Shown: positions 1-10,984, numbered from the stretch's first letter. The stretch: 64,000 nt of DNA from Acidobacteriota bacterium (GCA_021780315.1 JAJXYY010000027.1:11179-75178), one strand, 5' to 3'. Numbers and translations are program-made. The notes: generated from the sequence alone by a model not told the origin.

Positions 1-123
1 AACAACGGCGAACTCAACACCGCCGTTACTGTCTACGCCCACAAATTCTCGAAGACCGCCAAAGAAGCGATCGAGAAGGCCGGCGGCAAGGCCATCCTCA
101 TCGGCGGCGAAGCAGCCGCCTAA
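1..123 (+). CDS. rplO: 50S ribosomal protein L15, 3' partial
   Basis: Frame 1 reads NNGELNTAVTVYAHKFSKTAKEAIEKAGGKAILIGGEAAA*, the L15 C-terminal motif, directly upstream of secY. Not in the ORF track. Confidence 0.93.
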   Translation, partial: NNGELNTAVTVYAHKFSKTAKEAIEKAGGKAILIGGEAAA

Positions 124-130
124 GCGTTAC

Positions 131-175
131 GGACTGGGGTGAGACTCACTCTCACCCCAGTCCTGTTCTTCTTCT
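131..175 (+). terminator. Intrinsic terminator-like hairpin between rplO and secY
   Basis: Perfect 14-bp inverted repeat GGACTGGGGTGAGA-ctcac-TCTCACCCCAGTCC followed by TGTTCTTCTTCT. Confidence 0.6.
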
Positions 176-223
176 GCGTCACAACTTCAGCTTCCGGTCT
201 TACCGATTTCGAGGTCTACACTG

Positions 224-1633
224 ATGTTCGAGAAAATCCTAAACATCTTCCGCATCCCTGACCTCCGCAAGCGCGTCCTGTTCACGCTCGGCTTGCTGGC
301 TGTCTATCGTCTCGGATCGCACATTCCCACCCCCGGCATCAACGCCGATATGTTGGCGCAGTTCTTCAATGCCAACTCCGGCTCGGCTCTCGGCCTCGTG
401 GACCTCTTCTCTGGCGGAAACCTCCGCAAGCTCACCGTCTTCGCGCTCGGCATCATGCCGTACATTACCGCGTCGATCATCTTCCAGTTGCTTACTGTCA
501 TCTACGAGCCGCTGGCCAAGCTCCAGAAGGAAGGTGAGCTCGGACGCCGCAAGATCACCCAGTGGACACGCTACGTCACTGTCATCCTGGGCATCGTGCA
601 GTCCTTTGCCATCGCACTTACGCTTACCAGCACCTCCACCGGCTCGCCCATGGTCACCATCTCCCGTGGCGCCTTCATCCCTCTCTGCGTCATCACCCTT
701 ACCGCTGGCACGGCCTTCATCATGTGGCTGGGTGAGCAGATCACCGAGCGCGGCATCGGCAACGGTATGAGCCTGCTTATCTTTACAGGCATTGTCGTTG
801 GCCTGCCCAAAGGCATCGCCGACCTCTACGACAAGGCCAGCACCAACGCCTGGGGCGCATTCACTCCGGTCGCCATCGCCATCCTCGTCGCCCTCATGAT
901 CGCCGTCGTCGCCTTCATCGTCTTCGTCGAACGCTCCGAGCGTCGCATCCCGGTTCAGTACGCCAAGCGCATCGTCGGCCGCAAGATGATGGGCGGCCAG
1001 TCCACCCACCTCCCGCTCAAGGTCAACTCCGGTGGCGTCATGCCGGTCATCTTCGCCAGCTCCATCCTCTCCGCGCCGCTGCTCCTGTCCAACGCGACCA
1101 TCTTCGGATACTCGCTGCACGATTCCACCTTCTTCGGCCCCATCTTCCGCGGCATCGCCCCCGGCGAGCCCTGGTACGAACTCCTCTACATCGCGGCCAT
1201 CATCTTCTTCGCGTACTTCTACATCTCCATCGTCTTCCGTCCCGACGACATCGCCGACAACATGCGCAAGTATGGTGGATTCATCCCCGGCATTCGCCCC
1301 GGCAAGCGCACTGCGGACTTCATCAACGACGTGCTTACCCGCATCACGCTCGTCGGCGCCATCTACCTCATCATCATCTCCATCATCCCCACTCTGTTGA
1401 TCAGTGGTATCCACTTCAACCATCTCCCCCTGATCGGTGGCGTCTTCGACCGCCTGCCCACCTGGGTCACCAACGGTCTCGGAGTCAACTTCTACTTCGG
1501 CGGAACCTCGCTCCTCATCGTCGTCGGCGTAGCCATGGATACCGTTCAGCAGATCGAATCGCAGCTCATCATGCGTCACTACGATGGCTTCTCTCCCAAG
1601 AGTGGTCGCATCCGTGGCCGCAAGAGCTGGTAA
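224..1633 (+). CDS. secY: Preprotein translocase subunit SecY
   Basis: ALGIMPYITASII, WLGEQITERGIGNGMSL and FGGTSLLIVVGV motifs; spc operon position. Confidence 0.98.
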   Translation: MFEKILNIFRIPDLRKRVLFTLGLLAVYRLGSHIPTPGINADMLAQFFNANSGSALGLVDLFSGGNLRKLTVFALGIMPYITASIIFQLLTVIYEPLAKLQKEGELGRRKITQWTRYVTVILGIVQSFAIALTLTSTSTGSPMVTISRGAFIPLCVITLTAGTAFIMWLGEQITERGIGNGMSLLIFTGIVVGLPKGIADLYDKASTNAWGAFTPVAIAILVALMIAVVAFIVFVERSERRIPVQYAKRIVGRKMMGGQSTHLPLKVNSGGVMPVIFASSILSAPLLLSNATIFGYSLHDSTFFGPIFRGIAPGEPWYELLYIAAIIFFAYFYISIVFRPDDIADNMRKYGGFIPGIRPGKRTADFINDVLTRITLVGAIYLIIISIIPTLLISGIHFNHLPLIGGVFDRLPTWVTNGLGVNFYFGGTSLLIVVGVAMDTVQQIESQLIMRHYDGFSPKSGRIRGRKSW

Positions 1634-1685
1634 AGAAAAACACGCAATTAGAACCTTGTCTCAGGTAGTCTTCGGAACTCCTACA

Positions 1686-2396
1686 TTGACCAACTTAGCA
1701 AATACAAAACCGGCCTCGGCAGATATCAACTTCCTGCCCGGGCCGGTTCTCCTTCTCGGGGCTCCCGGCGTAGGCAAAGGCACCCAGGCCAAGCTCCTCA
1801 TGGCCGCACACGGTATCCCCCAGATCTCCACCGGTGACATCCTGCGTGCCAACATCGCCAGCGGAACCCCGCTCGGCAAGACCGCCAAGTCGCTCATGGA
1901 GCAAGGCCAACTCGTCTCCGACGAACTCGTCAATCAGATGGTCGCCGACCGCCTCGCCCAGCCCGACACCCACCGCGGCTACATCCTCGATGGCTTTCCC
2001 CGCACCCTCAACCAGGCCGAGTGGCTCGACCAGCACCTCGCCGCCACCCCGCAGACCTTACCTGTCGTCGCCATCAGCATCGTCGTCAGCTACGACCACC
2101 TGCTCCACCGCATCACCGGCCGCCGCATCTCCCCCGCCGGACGCATCTACAACATCTACTCCAATCCCCCGGCCACATCCGGAATCTGCGACGTCGATGG
2201 CTCCGTGCTCGTCCAGCGTCCCGACGACTCCGAACCCGTCTTTACCGAGCGCATGAAGACCTTCGACACCCAGACCGCCCCGGTTGTGGAACACTATCGC
2301 AAGCTCGGTCGCTTTCAGGAAGTCAATGGCGACCAGGCTGTCGAGCAAGTAACCTCCGCCATCAACGCAGCGCTCCTTCACCTTCGTCAAGCCTGA
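1686..2396 (+). CDS. adk: Adenylate kinase
   Basis: P-loop GAPGVGKGTQ, ISTGDILR, GYILDGFPRT. Start placed at the in-frame TTG 1686 because the ORF-track start at 1584 overlaps secY; exact start uncertain. Confidence 0.95.
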   Translation: MTNLANTKPASADINFLPGPVLLLGAPGVGKGTQAKLLMAAHGIPQISTGDILRANIASGTPLGKTAKSLMEQGQLVSDELVNQMVADRLAQPDTHRGYILDGFPRTLNQAEWLDQHLAATPQTLPVVAISIVVSYDHLLHRITGRRISPAGRIYNIYSNPPATSGICDVDGSVLVQRPDDSEPVFTERMKTFDTQTAPVVEHYRKLGRFQEVNGDQAVEQVTSAINAALLHLRQA

Positions 2397-2420
2397 CGCG
2401 CACTGGAACCGTCGAATCTT

Positions 2421-3170
2421 ATGGCTATCCTCATCAAAACCCCCGCCGAGATTGAAAAGATGCGCATCTCCGGCGCCGTGCTCCGCAAGGTCCACAACGC
2501 CATCGCGCCCCACGTCGTCCCCGGTGCCTCCACCATGGATCTCGAACGCATCGCCGTCGCCAAAATCGCAGAACTCCACGCCATCGCCGCCTTCAAGGGC
2601 TACCATGGCTACCCCTCCGCGCTCTGCACCTCCATCAACAACGAGGTCGTCCACGGCATGCCCAGCGAGAAGCGCATCCTCAAGGAAGGCGACATCCTCT
2701 CCATCGACTGCGGCTGCATCGTCGACGGCTTTTACTCCGACGCCGCCGTCACCTACCCCGTAGGCAAGGTCAGCGAACCCACCCAGAAGCTCCTCACCGT
2801 CACCCTCGCCTCACTTGAAGCCGCCATCCTCCAGTGCCAGGTCGGCGGCCGCCTCGGCGACATCTCCCACGCCGTCCAGCAAATCTGCGAGGCCCAGGGC
2901 TTCGGAGTCGTCCGCGAGTTCGTCGGCCACGGCATCGGCCGCTCCATGCACGAAGACCCCCAGGTCCCCAACTTCGGCCCCGCCGGCAAAGGCCCCCGCC
3001 TCAAAGCTGGAATGGTCCTCGCCATCGAACCCATGATCAACGCCGGCAAGCCCGAAGTCCGTGTCCTCCCCGACGGCTGGACCGCCGTCACCGTCGACGG
3101 CAGCTACAGCGCCCACTTCGAGCAGACCGTCGCCATCACAAAAGATGGCCCCCAGGTCCTCACCCGCTAG
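2421..3170 (+). CDS. map: Type I methionine aminopeptidase
   Basis: CTSINNEVVHGMP, GHGIGRSMHEDP, AIEPMIN and SAHFEQT motifs; follows adk. Confidence 0.97.
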   Translation: MAILIKTPAEIEKMRISGAVLRKVHNAIAPHVVPGASTMDLERIAVAKIAELHAIAAFKGYHGYPSALCTSINNEVVHGMPSEKRILKEGDILSIDCGCIVDGFYSDAAVTYPVGKVSEPTQKLLTVTLASLEAAILQCQVGGRLGDISHAVQQICEAQGFGVVREFVGHGIGRSMHEDPQVPNFGPAGKGPRLKAGMVLAIEPMINAGKPEVRVLPDGWTAVTVDGSYSAHFEQTVAITKDGPQVLTR

Positions 3171-3287
3171 GAAATTGGCGGAAAAAGGGTTATGATGAAA
3201 TGTACTCTGTATGTTGTCCGTACAGAGCCATGCAGGTAGCAGTATGGAAACCCGAGGCTCAGCCTCGATCGTTCCAAAGGAGATCGT

Positions 3288-3506
3288 TTGTCGAAGGAAG
3301 ATGCAATTGAAGTCATGGCGGTGGTCGTAGAGACCCTGCCGAACGCGATGTTCAAGGTCGAGCTTGAGAACAAGCATCAGGCCCTTGCGCACGTATCCGG
3401 TCGTATGCGTAAAAACTTCATCCGTATCCTCCCCGGCGACCGCGTCGCGATTGAGCTCAGCCCGTACGATCTCAACCGCGGCCGCATTGTCTACCGCTAC
3501 AAGTAG
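3288..3506 (+). CDS. infA: Translation initiation factor IF-1
   Basis: MSKEDAIEV...[12 protein letters not shown]...[16 protein letters not shown]; SD AAGGAG before the TTG start. Confidence 0.97.
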   Translation: MSKEDAIEVMAVVVETLPNAMFKVELENKHQALAHVSGRMRKNFIRILPGDRVAIELSPYDLNRGRIVYRYK

Positions 3507-3626
3507 ACAACATAAGCCACTAGCCCTGCGCTAATTGCTTGCAACCCAGTTCCACCAGCCTCGTCGGCCAGCCTCCAGCGAATAGCGGATGGCGACCAGT
3601 CAACGGCTGCTTTTAGGAGTGTTTCA

Positions 3627-3740
3627 ATGAAGGTTCGTGCATCAGTAAAGAAGATCTGCGACAAGTGCAAGGTCATTCATCGCCGCGGCGTCGTTCGCGT
3701 CATCTGCGAAAACGCCAAGCACAAGCAGCGCCAGGGCTAA
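3627..3740 (+). CDS. rpmJ: 50S ribosomal protein L36 (zinc-ribbon form)
   Basis: Hand translation [37 protein letters not shown]; SD AGGAG. Below the ORF-track size cutoff. Confidence 0.97.
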   Translation: MKVRASVKKICDKCKVIHRRGVVRVICENAKHKQRQG

Positions 3741-3878
3741 CTCAGCCCTTGTGTCTCTGCGGCCCCGCCGGGCTAGTTAGCCGAAGTCAAGGCTTGCGTT
3801 GAACCCGTCGGAATCATCCGCTCAACTCTCACCCCGCTCCGTGGCGAAGCTACCCGAGCCCAAACGTAAAGGAACCCC

Positions 3879-4259
3879 ATGGCACGTATTGCTGGAGTCG
3901 ATGTCCCTAATAACAAACAGGCGCGCATCGGTCTCACCTACATCTTCGGTATCGGCGACTCTCGCGCCGCCAAGATCCTCGCGAAGGCTGAAGTCGATCC
4001 CCTCGCGAAGGTCGGCACGCTCGACGAAGACGCCCTCAACCGCATCCGTCAGGTAATTGAAGCCGAAGGCCAGATCGAAGGCGATCTCCGCAAGGATATC
4101 TCCCTCAACATCAAGCGCCTCATCGAAATTCAGTCCTACCGTGGCCTCCGTCACCGCCGCAGCCTCCCGGTTCGCGGTCAGCGCACCCACACCAACGCTC
4201 GCACCCGTAAAGGCCCACGCAAGGGAACCGTTGCCGGTAAGAAGAAAGCGACCAAATAA
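3879..4259 (+). CDS. rpsM: 30S ribosomal protein S13
   Basis: MARIAGVD...[26 protein letters not shown]. Confidence 0.98.
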   Translation: MARIAGVDVPNNKQARIGLTYIFGIGDSRAAKILAKAEVDPLAKVGTLDEDALNRIRQVIEAEGQIEGDLRKDISLNIKRLIEIQSYRGLRHRRSLPVRGQRTHTNARTRKGPRKGTVAGKKKATK

Positions 4260-4262
4260 GCC

Positions 4263-4685
4263 ATGGCAAAGACTCAGAACACCAAGGGCGCTGCAAAGCC
4301 CGGCAAGAATAAGAAGTTCAAGAAGCGCGAGCGGAAGAACGTTCCATTTGGTCTCGTGTTCATCCAGGCTTCCTTCAACAACACCATCGTCACCATCACC
4401 GACCAGACCGGCAACACCCTCTCCTGGAAATCGTCCGGCTCGCTCGGCTTCCGCGGCTCCCGCAAGGGCACCCCGTTCGCCGCGCAGCAGGCCGCTGTCG
4501 GTGCTGCCAACGCAGCCCGCGATCACGGCGTCCGCTCCGTCGACGTCCGCGTCTCCGGCCCCGGCTCCGGTCGTGAGTCAGCCATCCGCGCCCTCGCCAC
4601 CACCGGTATCGAGGTCCGCAGCATCCGCGACGTCACGCCTATGCCGCACAACGGCTGCCGTCCGCCCAAGCGTCGCCGCGTATAA
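4263..4685 (+). CDS. rpsK: 30S ribosomal protein S11
   Basis: [12 protein letters not shown]...[14 protein letters not shown]...[18 protein letters not shown]. Confidence 0.98.
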   Translation: MAKTQNTKGAAKPGKNKKFKKRERKNVPFGLVFIQASFNNTIVTITDQTGNTLSWKSSGSLGFRGSRKGTPFAAQQAAVGAANAARDHGVRSVDVRVSGPGSGRESAIRALATTGIEVRSIRDVTPMPHNGCRPPKRRRV

Positions 4686-4698
4686 CAACTCACCCGGC

Positions 4699-4730
4699 AG
4701 GCCCCATGTCCCGTACCTCGGACTTGGGGC
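4699..4730 (+). repeat. REP-like palindromic repeat, family 1 (GGTGCCCCA-hairpin), degenerate copy
   Basis: AGGCCCCATGTCC-cgtacctc-GGACTTGGGGC hairpin; same 5' motif as the copies at 5468, 19689, 28065, 49282 and 50925. Confidence 0.5.
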
Positions 4731-4814
4731 CGCTCCCGGGTTCAACCACCACCGGATCGCGATGAAGCGCACCAGCGTGTAAAGCGATCGTCACCCGAAG
4801 TCAGGAGCAATACC

Positions 4815-5447
4815 ATGGCACGTTACACCGGACCCGTCTGCCGCCTCTGCCGCCGCGACGGTACCAAACTCTTCCTCAAGGGAGCCAAGTGCTTCTCCGA
4901 GAAATGCCCCGTCGAGAAGCGCAACTTCCCCCCAGGCCAGCACGGCCAGTCCAAAAAGGTCAAGAAGGTCGTAGGCTACGGTCTCCAACTGCGCGAAAAG
5001 CAGAAGGCCAAGCGCATCTACTTCACCCTCGAAACTCAGTTCCGCGCCTACTACCAGAAGGCCTCCAACAAGACCGGCGTCACCGGCGAACTCCTGCTCC
5101 AGCAGCTTGAGACCCGCCTCGACAACGTCGCCTACCGCCTCGGTTTCGCCATGAGCCGCCGTCAGGCCCGCCAGGTCGTCCGTCACGGTCACCTCCAGGT
5201 CAACGGACGCAAGGTCAACATCCCCTCCTTCCAGTGCAAGGTCGGCGATGAGATCTCCATCCGCGAAGGCTCCAAGGCTCTGGTCATCCTCGAAGAGTCC
5301 AAAAACTTTGCCGCCGGTCAGCGCTCTGTGCCCTGGCTCGATATCAACCGCGACAACCTCTCCGGCAAGCTCGTCGCTCTGCCGAAGCGCGAAGATATCC
5401 AGCTCCCGGTCAACGAGCAGCTCATCGTCGAACTCTACAGCAAGTAA
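4815..5447 (+). CDS. rpsD: 30S ribosomal protein S4
   Basis: [14 protein letters not shown]...PPGQHG...[15 protein letters not shown]...[12 protein letters not shown]. Confidence 0.98.
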   Translation: MARYTGPVCRLCRRDGTKLFLKGAKCFSEKCPVEKRNFPPGQHGQSKKVKKVVGYGLQLREKQKAKRIYFTLETQFRAYYQKASNKTGVTGELLLQQLETRLDNVAYRLGFAMSRRQARQVVRHGHLQVNGRKVNIPSFQCKVGDEISIREGSKALVILEESKNFAAGQRSVPWLDINRDNLSGKLVALPKREDIQLPVNEQLIVELYSK

Positions 5448-5467
5448 CTGTAGTAGTTACAAAATAT

Positions 5468-5500
5468 CGGGTACCCCACGTCCGCATCGTCGGACGTGGG
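5468..5500 (+). repeat. REP-like palindromic repeat, family 1
   Basis: CGGGTACCCCACGTCCG-catcgt-CGGACGTGGG; perfect 10-bp stem 5475-5484/5491-5500. Confidence 0.6.
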
Positions 5501-5618
5501 TCTCTCCCGTTCTGGCCCTCCAGCCAGTCAAAACGTACCACCAACAACCTGACCCGCAACCGCACCACCCGCCAGTCCGCAGAATGCATCGCGGCTAGGA
5601 CGGATAAAGGAGAAACAC

Positions 5619-6722
<1,104 letters not shown>

Positions 6723-6836
6723 CCGCAGTGCAACCAGCAGGAGCAGGGAAGAGTACCTTACTTCCCGCTCCTCGCTTCCGCTGCAATCACAGCAAGCCGA
6801 TCAACGGTCAATAGACCGGATCGAAGGAGATTACCA

Positions 6837-7310
6837 ATGCGTCACCGTAATGCAGGATTCAAGTTAGGCAGAAACACCAGCCACCGCCGCGCCATGCTCC
6901 GCAACCTCGTCACCTCCGTCATCCTCATGGACCGCGTCGAGACCACCATCACCAAGTGCAAGGCCACCCGCCCCCTTATCGAGAAGATGATCACCCTCGG
7001 CAAGCGCGGCACCGTCCATGCCCGTCGCCAGGCTGCTGCCTATCTCATGACGCCCGATTCGGTCGATCGCCTCTTCAACACCGTTGCTCCACGCTACGCC
7101 ACCCGCAACGGCGGTTACCTCCGCATCACCCGCACCGGAGCCCGCAAGGGTGACGCCGCCGAGATGGCCTTCATCGAACTCCTCGGAGCCGAGCAGGAAC
7201 TCAACGAGAAGGCGCAGAAGCGCGCCGAAGCCCGCACCAAGAAGCGCGAAGAACTCCAGAAGCAGATGGAAGAGCAGAACCCCGGCGAAGCCCCTGGCTC
7301 CGAGGCATAA
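6837..7310 (+). CDS. rplQ: 50S ribosomal protein L17
   Basis: MRHRNAGFKLGRNTSHRRAMLRNL...GGYLRI...RKGDAAEMA. Confidence 0.98.
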   Translation: MRHRNAGFKLGRNTSHRRAMLRNLVTSVILMDRVETTITKCKATRPLIEKMITLGKRGTVHARRQAAAYLMTPDSVDRLFNTVAPRYATRNGGYLRITRTGARKGDAAEMAFIELLGAEQELNEKAQKRAEARTKKREELQKQMEEQNPGEAPGSEA

Positions 7311-7332
7311 GCTACTTTCTACCTCCAGACAC

Positions 7333-7365
7333 AAAAAGGCACGGCGCAAGCCGTGCCTTTTCTTT
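7333..7365. terminator. Bidirectional intrinsic terminator between convergent rplQ and the DGC gene
   Basis: AAAAAGGCACGGC-GCAA-GCCGTGCCTTTT with A and T tracts on either side. Confidence 0.85.
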
Positions 7366-7380
7366 GCCTTCCATCAGCCC

Positions 7381-8841
7381 TTACGGCTGCAGTTGACCAC
7401 CATGCAGCATCACCCGGTTCTTCCCCGCACGCTTGGCCGCATATAACGCTTCATCCGCCAGTGCCACCAACTGGTACCCGTTCACCAGCGACTCATTCAT
7501 CGCTGCCATCCCAATGCTCACCGTCACCCGCTCGTTGTCCCATGGCTCTGCGGCAACCTTCTCCATCACGCGCCGCGCCAGCCCCAGTGCACCCTCTTCG
7601 CCGCTCTCTGGCAGCAGCACCACAAACTCTTCCCCGCCATAGCGTGCTGGCAGGTCCGGTAGCCGCACAGTCGTCCGCAGCAAAGCGCCCAGCCGCCGCA
7701 ACACATCGTCTCCAGCCGCATGGCCAAACCGGTCATTGATCGATTTGAAGTTGTCGACATCCAGCAACAGTACCGAAAGCTCCCGTCGCCGTCGCCGTGC
7801 CATCGAAAACTCCAGCACCATCCGCTCTTCGAACGCCCGGCGATTCCGCAAGCCCGTCAGCTCATCCGTCACCGCCAGCTTACGCAGTTGTTCGTTCGCC
7901 TCTTCCAACTCGCGATGGTACCGCGTCAGCTCGCCCTTGCGAGCTACCTCTTCCGACACATCCACCGCCACCCCGGCCAGCAGTATATTCCCGGCAGAGT
8001 CGTAGCAAGGAAACTTGAACGACCGCCACGTTGAGCTCGTCCCATCGGAAGACCGAATCCGTTCTTCCGTCTCGACAATCTGTCCTCCGGCCATTACTTC
8101 CAGATCGTGCGTCCGCCCCGACCGCGACAGATTCGGCGACCATAGCCGTTCATCCGTCCGCCCCAGCCACGCCTGCTCCCCAATCCCAAACCGCTTCGCA
8201 AAACTCTTGTTATAGAAAAGCAGCCGTCCCGCAGCGTCCTTGATGTAGCTCAAAAAAGGACTCGCATTCATAAATGCGCGGAACAGCTCCTCGCTCGCAT
8301 GTAGCCCCGCCGCCGCTCGCTCCCGCTCCTTCAAAGCCTCGTCCAGCGCCATCCGTTGCGCCCGCAGCTCCAGTCGCGCACTCGCCTGACGACCCAGCAC
8401 CCGCAGCGCATTCTCCTGCTGTGGTGTCAGCATCCGCGGCTGCGTATCCATCACGCACAGCGTCCCCACCGGATGCCCTTCCGCCGTATGCATCGGCATC
8501 CCCGCAAAAAAACGGATCGGAGGCTCAGCAACCACCAGAGGATTAGTAGAAAATCGACGGTCTAAGTTGGTGTCCTGTACCACCAGCAACTCGTTCTGGC
8601 GAATCGCATACGCACAGAACGCAATCTCCCGTGGCGTCTCCTGCAGCTTGAAGCCATCCGACACCCGAAACCACTGCCGACGGTCATCCAGCAGCGTCAA
8701 CAACCCAACCGGCATCCCACAGATGGACGCAGCCAGTTGCACGATCTCATCACACTCCGCCTCAGGCGCCGGATCAAGAGCTTCGCTGCTCCACTCCGAC
8801 CTCAGCTTTGCATCTTCGCTATCAACTCGCCGTAAACTCAT
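7381..8841 (-). CDS. Diguanylate cyclase, GAF-PAS-GGDEF
   Basis: GAF (AFCAYAI...NPLV...IRFFAGMP), PAS (SFKFP...LLAGVAVDVS), GGDEF domain with RYGGEEF and an RLPD I-site. Confidence 0.93.
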   Translation of the reverse strand: MSLRRVDSEDAKLRSEWSSEALDPAPEAECDEIVQLAASICGMPVGLLTLLDDRRQWFRVSDGFKLQETPREIAFCAYAIRQNELLVVQDTNLDRRFSTNPLVVAEPPIRFFAGMPMHTAEGHPVGTLCVMDTQPRMLTPQQENALRVLGRQASARLELRAQRMALDEALKERERAAAGLHASEELFRAFMNASPFLSYIKDAAGRLLFYNKSFAKRFGIGEQAWLGRTDERLWSPNLSRSGRTHDLEVMAGGQIVETEERIRSSDGTSSTWRSFKFPCYDSAGNILLAGVAVDVSEEVARKGELTRYHRELEEANEQLRKLAVTDELTGLRNRRAFEERMVLEFSMARRRRRELSVLLLDVDNFKSINDRFGHAAGDDVLRRLGALLRTTVRLPDLPARYGGEEFVVLLPESGEEGALGLARRVMEKVAAEPWDNERVTVSIGMAAMNESLVNGYQLVALADEALYAAKRAGKNRVMLHGGQLQP

Positions 8842-9074
8842 CTGCCACCATTGTGTCGTGACTCAGAATAACCTTCCCGCTGCCATCAATCCATAAGATT
8901 CAGCAGTACGGAAGTAGCCCTTTCGGGTGATAGGCCCAGACCATCGCCAACCTGTGTTTTCTTCAGTTTGCACCGCCAGCCCCGCGGCGGACCTCAACTC
9001 CGGGTCACCGCACCGCCTTTGCCATACAAATCTCCACAAGCTGCACCACAAACGCTACCCTGCCAACCACAGCT

Positions 9075-9251
9075 CTAGTGCTTGATTAGCCACATAACCC
9101 AGCTCGCCGCAATCGTCCCGCCCACAAACAACGCAAAGCAAAACGCCCCAAAACGAATCATCATCTTCGGCTCAGATCGCTGCGTAATCCCGAAAACTAC
9201 CGAAGTAAACAACGCAAATAACACTACCGCTCCAAAATGCGTAATCGTCAC
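9075..9251 (-). CDS. Small two-TM membrane protein (58 aa), not in the ORF track
   Basis: GTG start overlaps the upstream TGA (GTGA). Hand translation MTITHFGAVVLFALFTSVVFGITQRSEPKMMIRFGAFCFALFVGGTIAASWVMWLIKH*. Confidence 0.75.
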   Translation of the reverse strand: MTITHFGAVVLFALFTSVVFGITQRSEPKMMIRFGAFCFALFVGGTIAASWVMWLIKH

Positions 9252-9661
9252 GAAACCTTCCTCCCCGTAGCCAGAGAGTGCGCATCCACCGCCGCAATCA
9301 CATTCAGCAGCCCAGCCACCACCATAAACTTCGTACCATAGTCCGCAATCGCTATCTGCACACTACCCTGTCCCATGTCGAAAACCCGTGCGATCACATA
9401 CAGCAGACCATTGCCCAGATCACCCGCAAAATTCAGAATATCCAGCAAATCACCAGTATTCGGCGAGTAGATCTTCCCCTTCAACGCCAGCCCAATCAAA
9501 AACATCGACACGATCGACACCAGCAGCAGCGCTCCCCGCACCCACTTCCGCAGCAGAAAATGCCCCGCTCCCGGAACCAGCCAGCCAGCGACTAAGATCA
9601 CCGTCGGCGAAAAAAAACTCTTTCCGGCTATCCGCGCCGGCACGTATACATTGGTCGTCAT
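9248..9661 (-). CDS. Membrane protein, DUF6677-like
   Basis: AGWLVPGAGH N-terminal motif and YGTKFMVVAGLLNVIAAVDA. Family name is from memory and unverified. Confidence 0.65.
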   Translation of the reverse strand: MTTNVYVPARIAGKSFFSPTVILVAGWLVPGAGHFLLRKWVRGALLLVSIVSMFLIGLALKGKIYSPNTGDLLDILNFAGDLGNGLLYVIARVFDMGQGSVQIAIADYGTKFMVVAGLLNVIAAVDAHSLATGRKVS

Positions 9662-9700
9662 CTTACCTCCGATGATAGCTGAAAACCCACCCGCCTTCCG

Positions 9701-10879
9701 TCATATACGCACCAACTCACGCTGCATCCGTCCCGTTACTTCTGCCTTGCCTCGCCGCGTCATCATGTTTACCTCGTTCCGTACCCCAAACTCCCCTGGA
9801 AAATACACGCCCGGCTCAACCGAAAAACACGTATTCGGCAGTATCAACCGCTCGTCATGCGTCTCCAGATTGTCAAGATGCGCACCGCTCCCATGCAGTT
9901 CCGTCGCGATGTTATGCCCCGTCCTATGCGTAAAGTAGGCTCCAAAACCCGCCGCCGCGATCACCGCCCGCGCCGCGTCATCGGCCTCCCAGCCAGCGAT
10001 CGGCCTGCCTGCCGCAAACGCGTCCTCCACCACCGCAATCGCCGCATCACGCGCATTCCGAACCGTCTCAAACACGAGCTGCTCCCGCTCCGTAGGCTCG
10101 CGGTCCACCACCCCTGTCCAGGTAATGTCGTACCACACCGCATCCGGACGTCCCGCCAGCTTCGCCCATATATCGATCAGCACAAAATCGCCCCGCCGGA
10201 TCGCCCGCGAACTCGCCCGGCTCGGCTCATAGTGCGAGTCCGCTGCATTCGGCCCTACGCTCACGTTCGGTCCATGCTCCGTCACCATCCCCGACTGCTC
10301 GATCGCCTGCTGCAGATACTCCACCATGCTGTACTCATCGGCCCCACCGCCGCCCCCGCGCACTCGCCGCCCCATCTCCTCCCAGCCCGCCGCAAGAATC
10401 GCATCCAGCCGCTGCTGCGCTTCATAGTGCGTCGCCATCTGAGCTTCCGTCAGCACCGCTTCGAACTGGCTCACTAGATCGGCAGAGCTCACAATCTCCT
10501 TGCCCATCCCACGCAGCACCTCCACCGTGCCGGCATCCACCATGGAGACGTACATAATCGCATTGCGTGGCGAGTACTGCATCGCCACCCGCGTAGACCC
10601 CTCCAACAATTTCTCCAGCTTGCTCTCCAACTCCTGCCACGAAGAGTACTCCGCCTTCACCCCAGGCAGGGAATCAAGCCGGCCCGACTCAATCCGGTGG
10701 ACCAGCTTCCGCGGCTCCCCCACCACCGGCACAAAGTAGTACCATCGCCGCGTTACATGCCCATCCGCAGGCATCCCCAATATGCGCAAGCCAAGCGGAT
10801 CGCGATTGTGGTGATCGTAAAAAAGCCAGCCGTCCAGATGCTGGTCGCGAAGGGCAACTTGAATAGCGTTCAAATCCAT
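9701..10879 (-). CDS. M24 family (Xaa-Pro) metallopeptidase
   Basis: DSHYEP, LIDIWAK, DITWTG, HRTGH and FSVEPGVY motifs. Start placed at ATG 10879 (MDLNAIQ). Confidence 0.9.
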   Translation of the reverse strand: MDLNAIQVALRDQHLDGWLFYDHHNRDPLGLRILGMPADGHVTRRWYYFVPVVGEPRKLVHRIESGRLDSLPGVKAEYSSWQELESKLEKLLEGSTRVAMQYSPRNAIMYVSMVDAGTVEVLRGMGKEIVSSADLVSQFEAVLTEAQMATHYEAQQRLDAILAAGWEEMGRRVRGGGGGADEYSMVEYLQQAIEQSGMVTEHGPNVSVGPNAADSHYEPSRASSRAIRRGDFVLIDIWAKLAGRPDAVWYDITWTGVVDREPTEREQLVFETVRNARDAAIAVVEDAFAAGRPIAGWEADDAARAVIAAAGFGAYFTHRTGHNIATELHGSGAHLDNLETHDERLILPNTCFSVEPGVYFPGEFGVRNEVNMMTRRGKAEVTGRMQRELVRI

Positions 10880-10932
10880 TCCGCCATGGTATCGCTTCTG
10901 GCCCGGCAATTCACCTGCTCTAAACTCACCTT

Positions 10933-10966
10933 AAAAAGTCGAGGCCAGGGAGTATCCCTGGCCTCG
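10933..10966 (-). terminator. Intrinsic terminator of infB
   Basis: Perfect 12-bp stem CGAGGCCAGGGA-tac-TCCCTGGCCTCG followed by ACTTTTT on the minus strand. Confidence 0.85.
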
Positions 10967-10984
10967 GTGGAACATCCGTTCAAA

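Noticed and set aside
8880-9060. c-di-GMP-I riboswitch-like words (GCAAAC...GAAA...GGGCCTA...CCCGAAAGGG) upstream of the diguanylate cyclase on the minus strand
   Set aside because: The P2 and P3 stems cannot be paired as the family requires (no partner for GTCTGG), so only isolated words match. An Rfam cmsearch would settle it.
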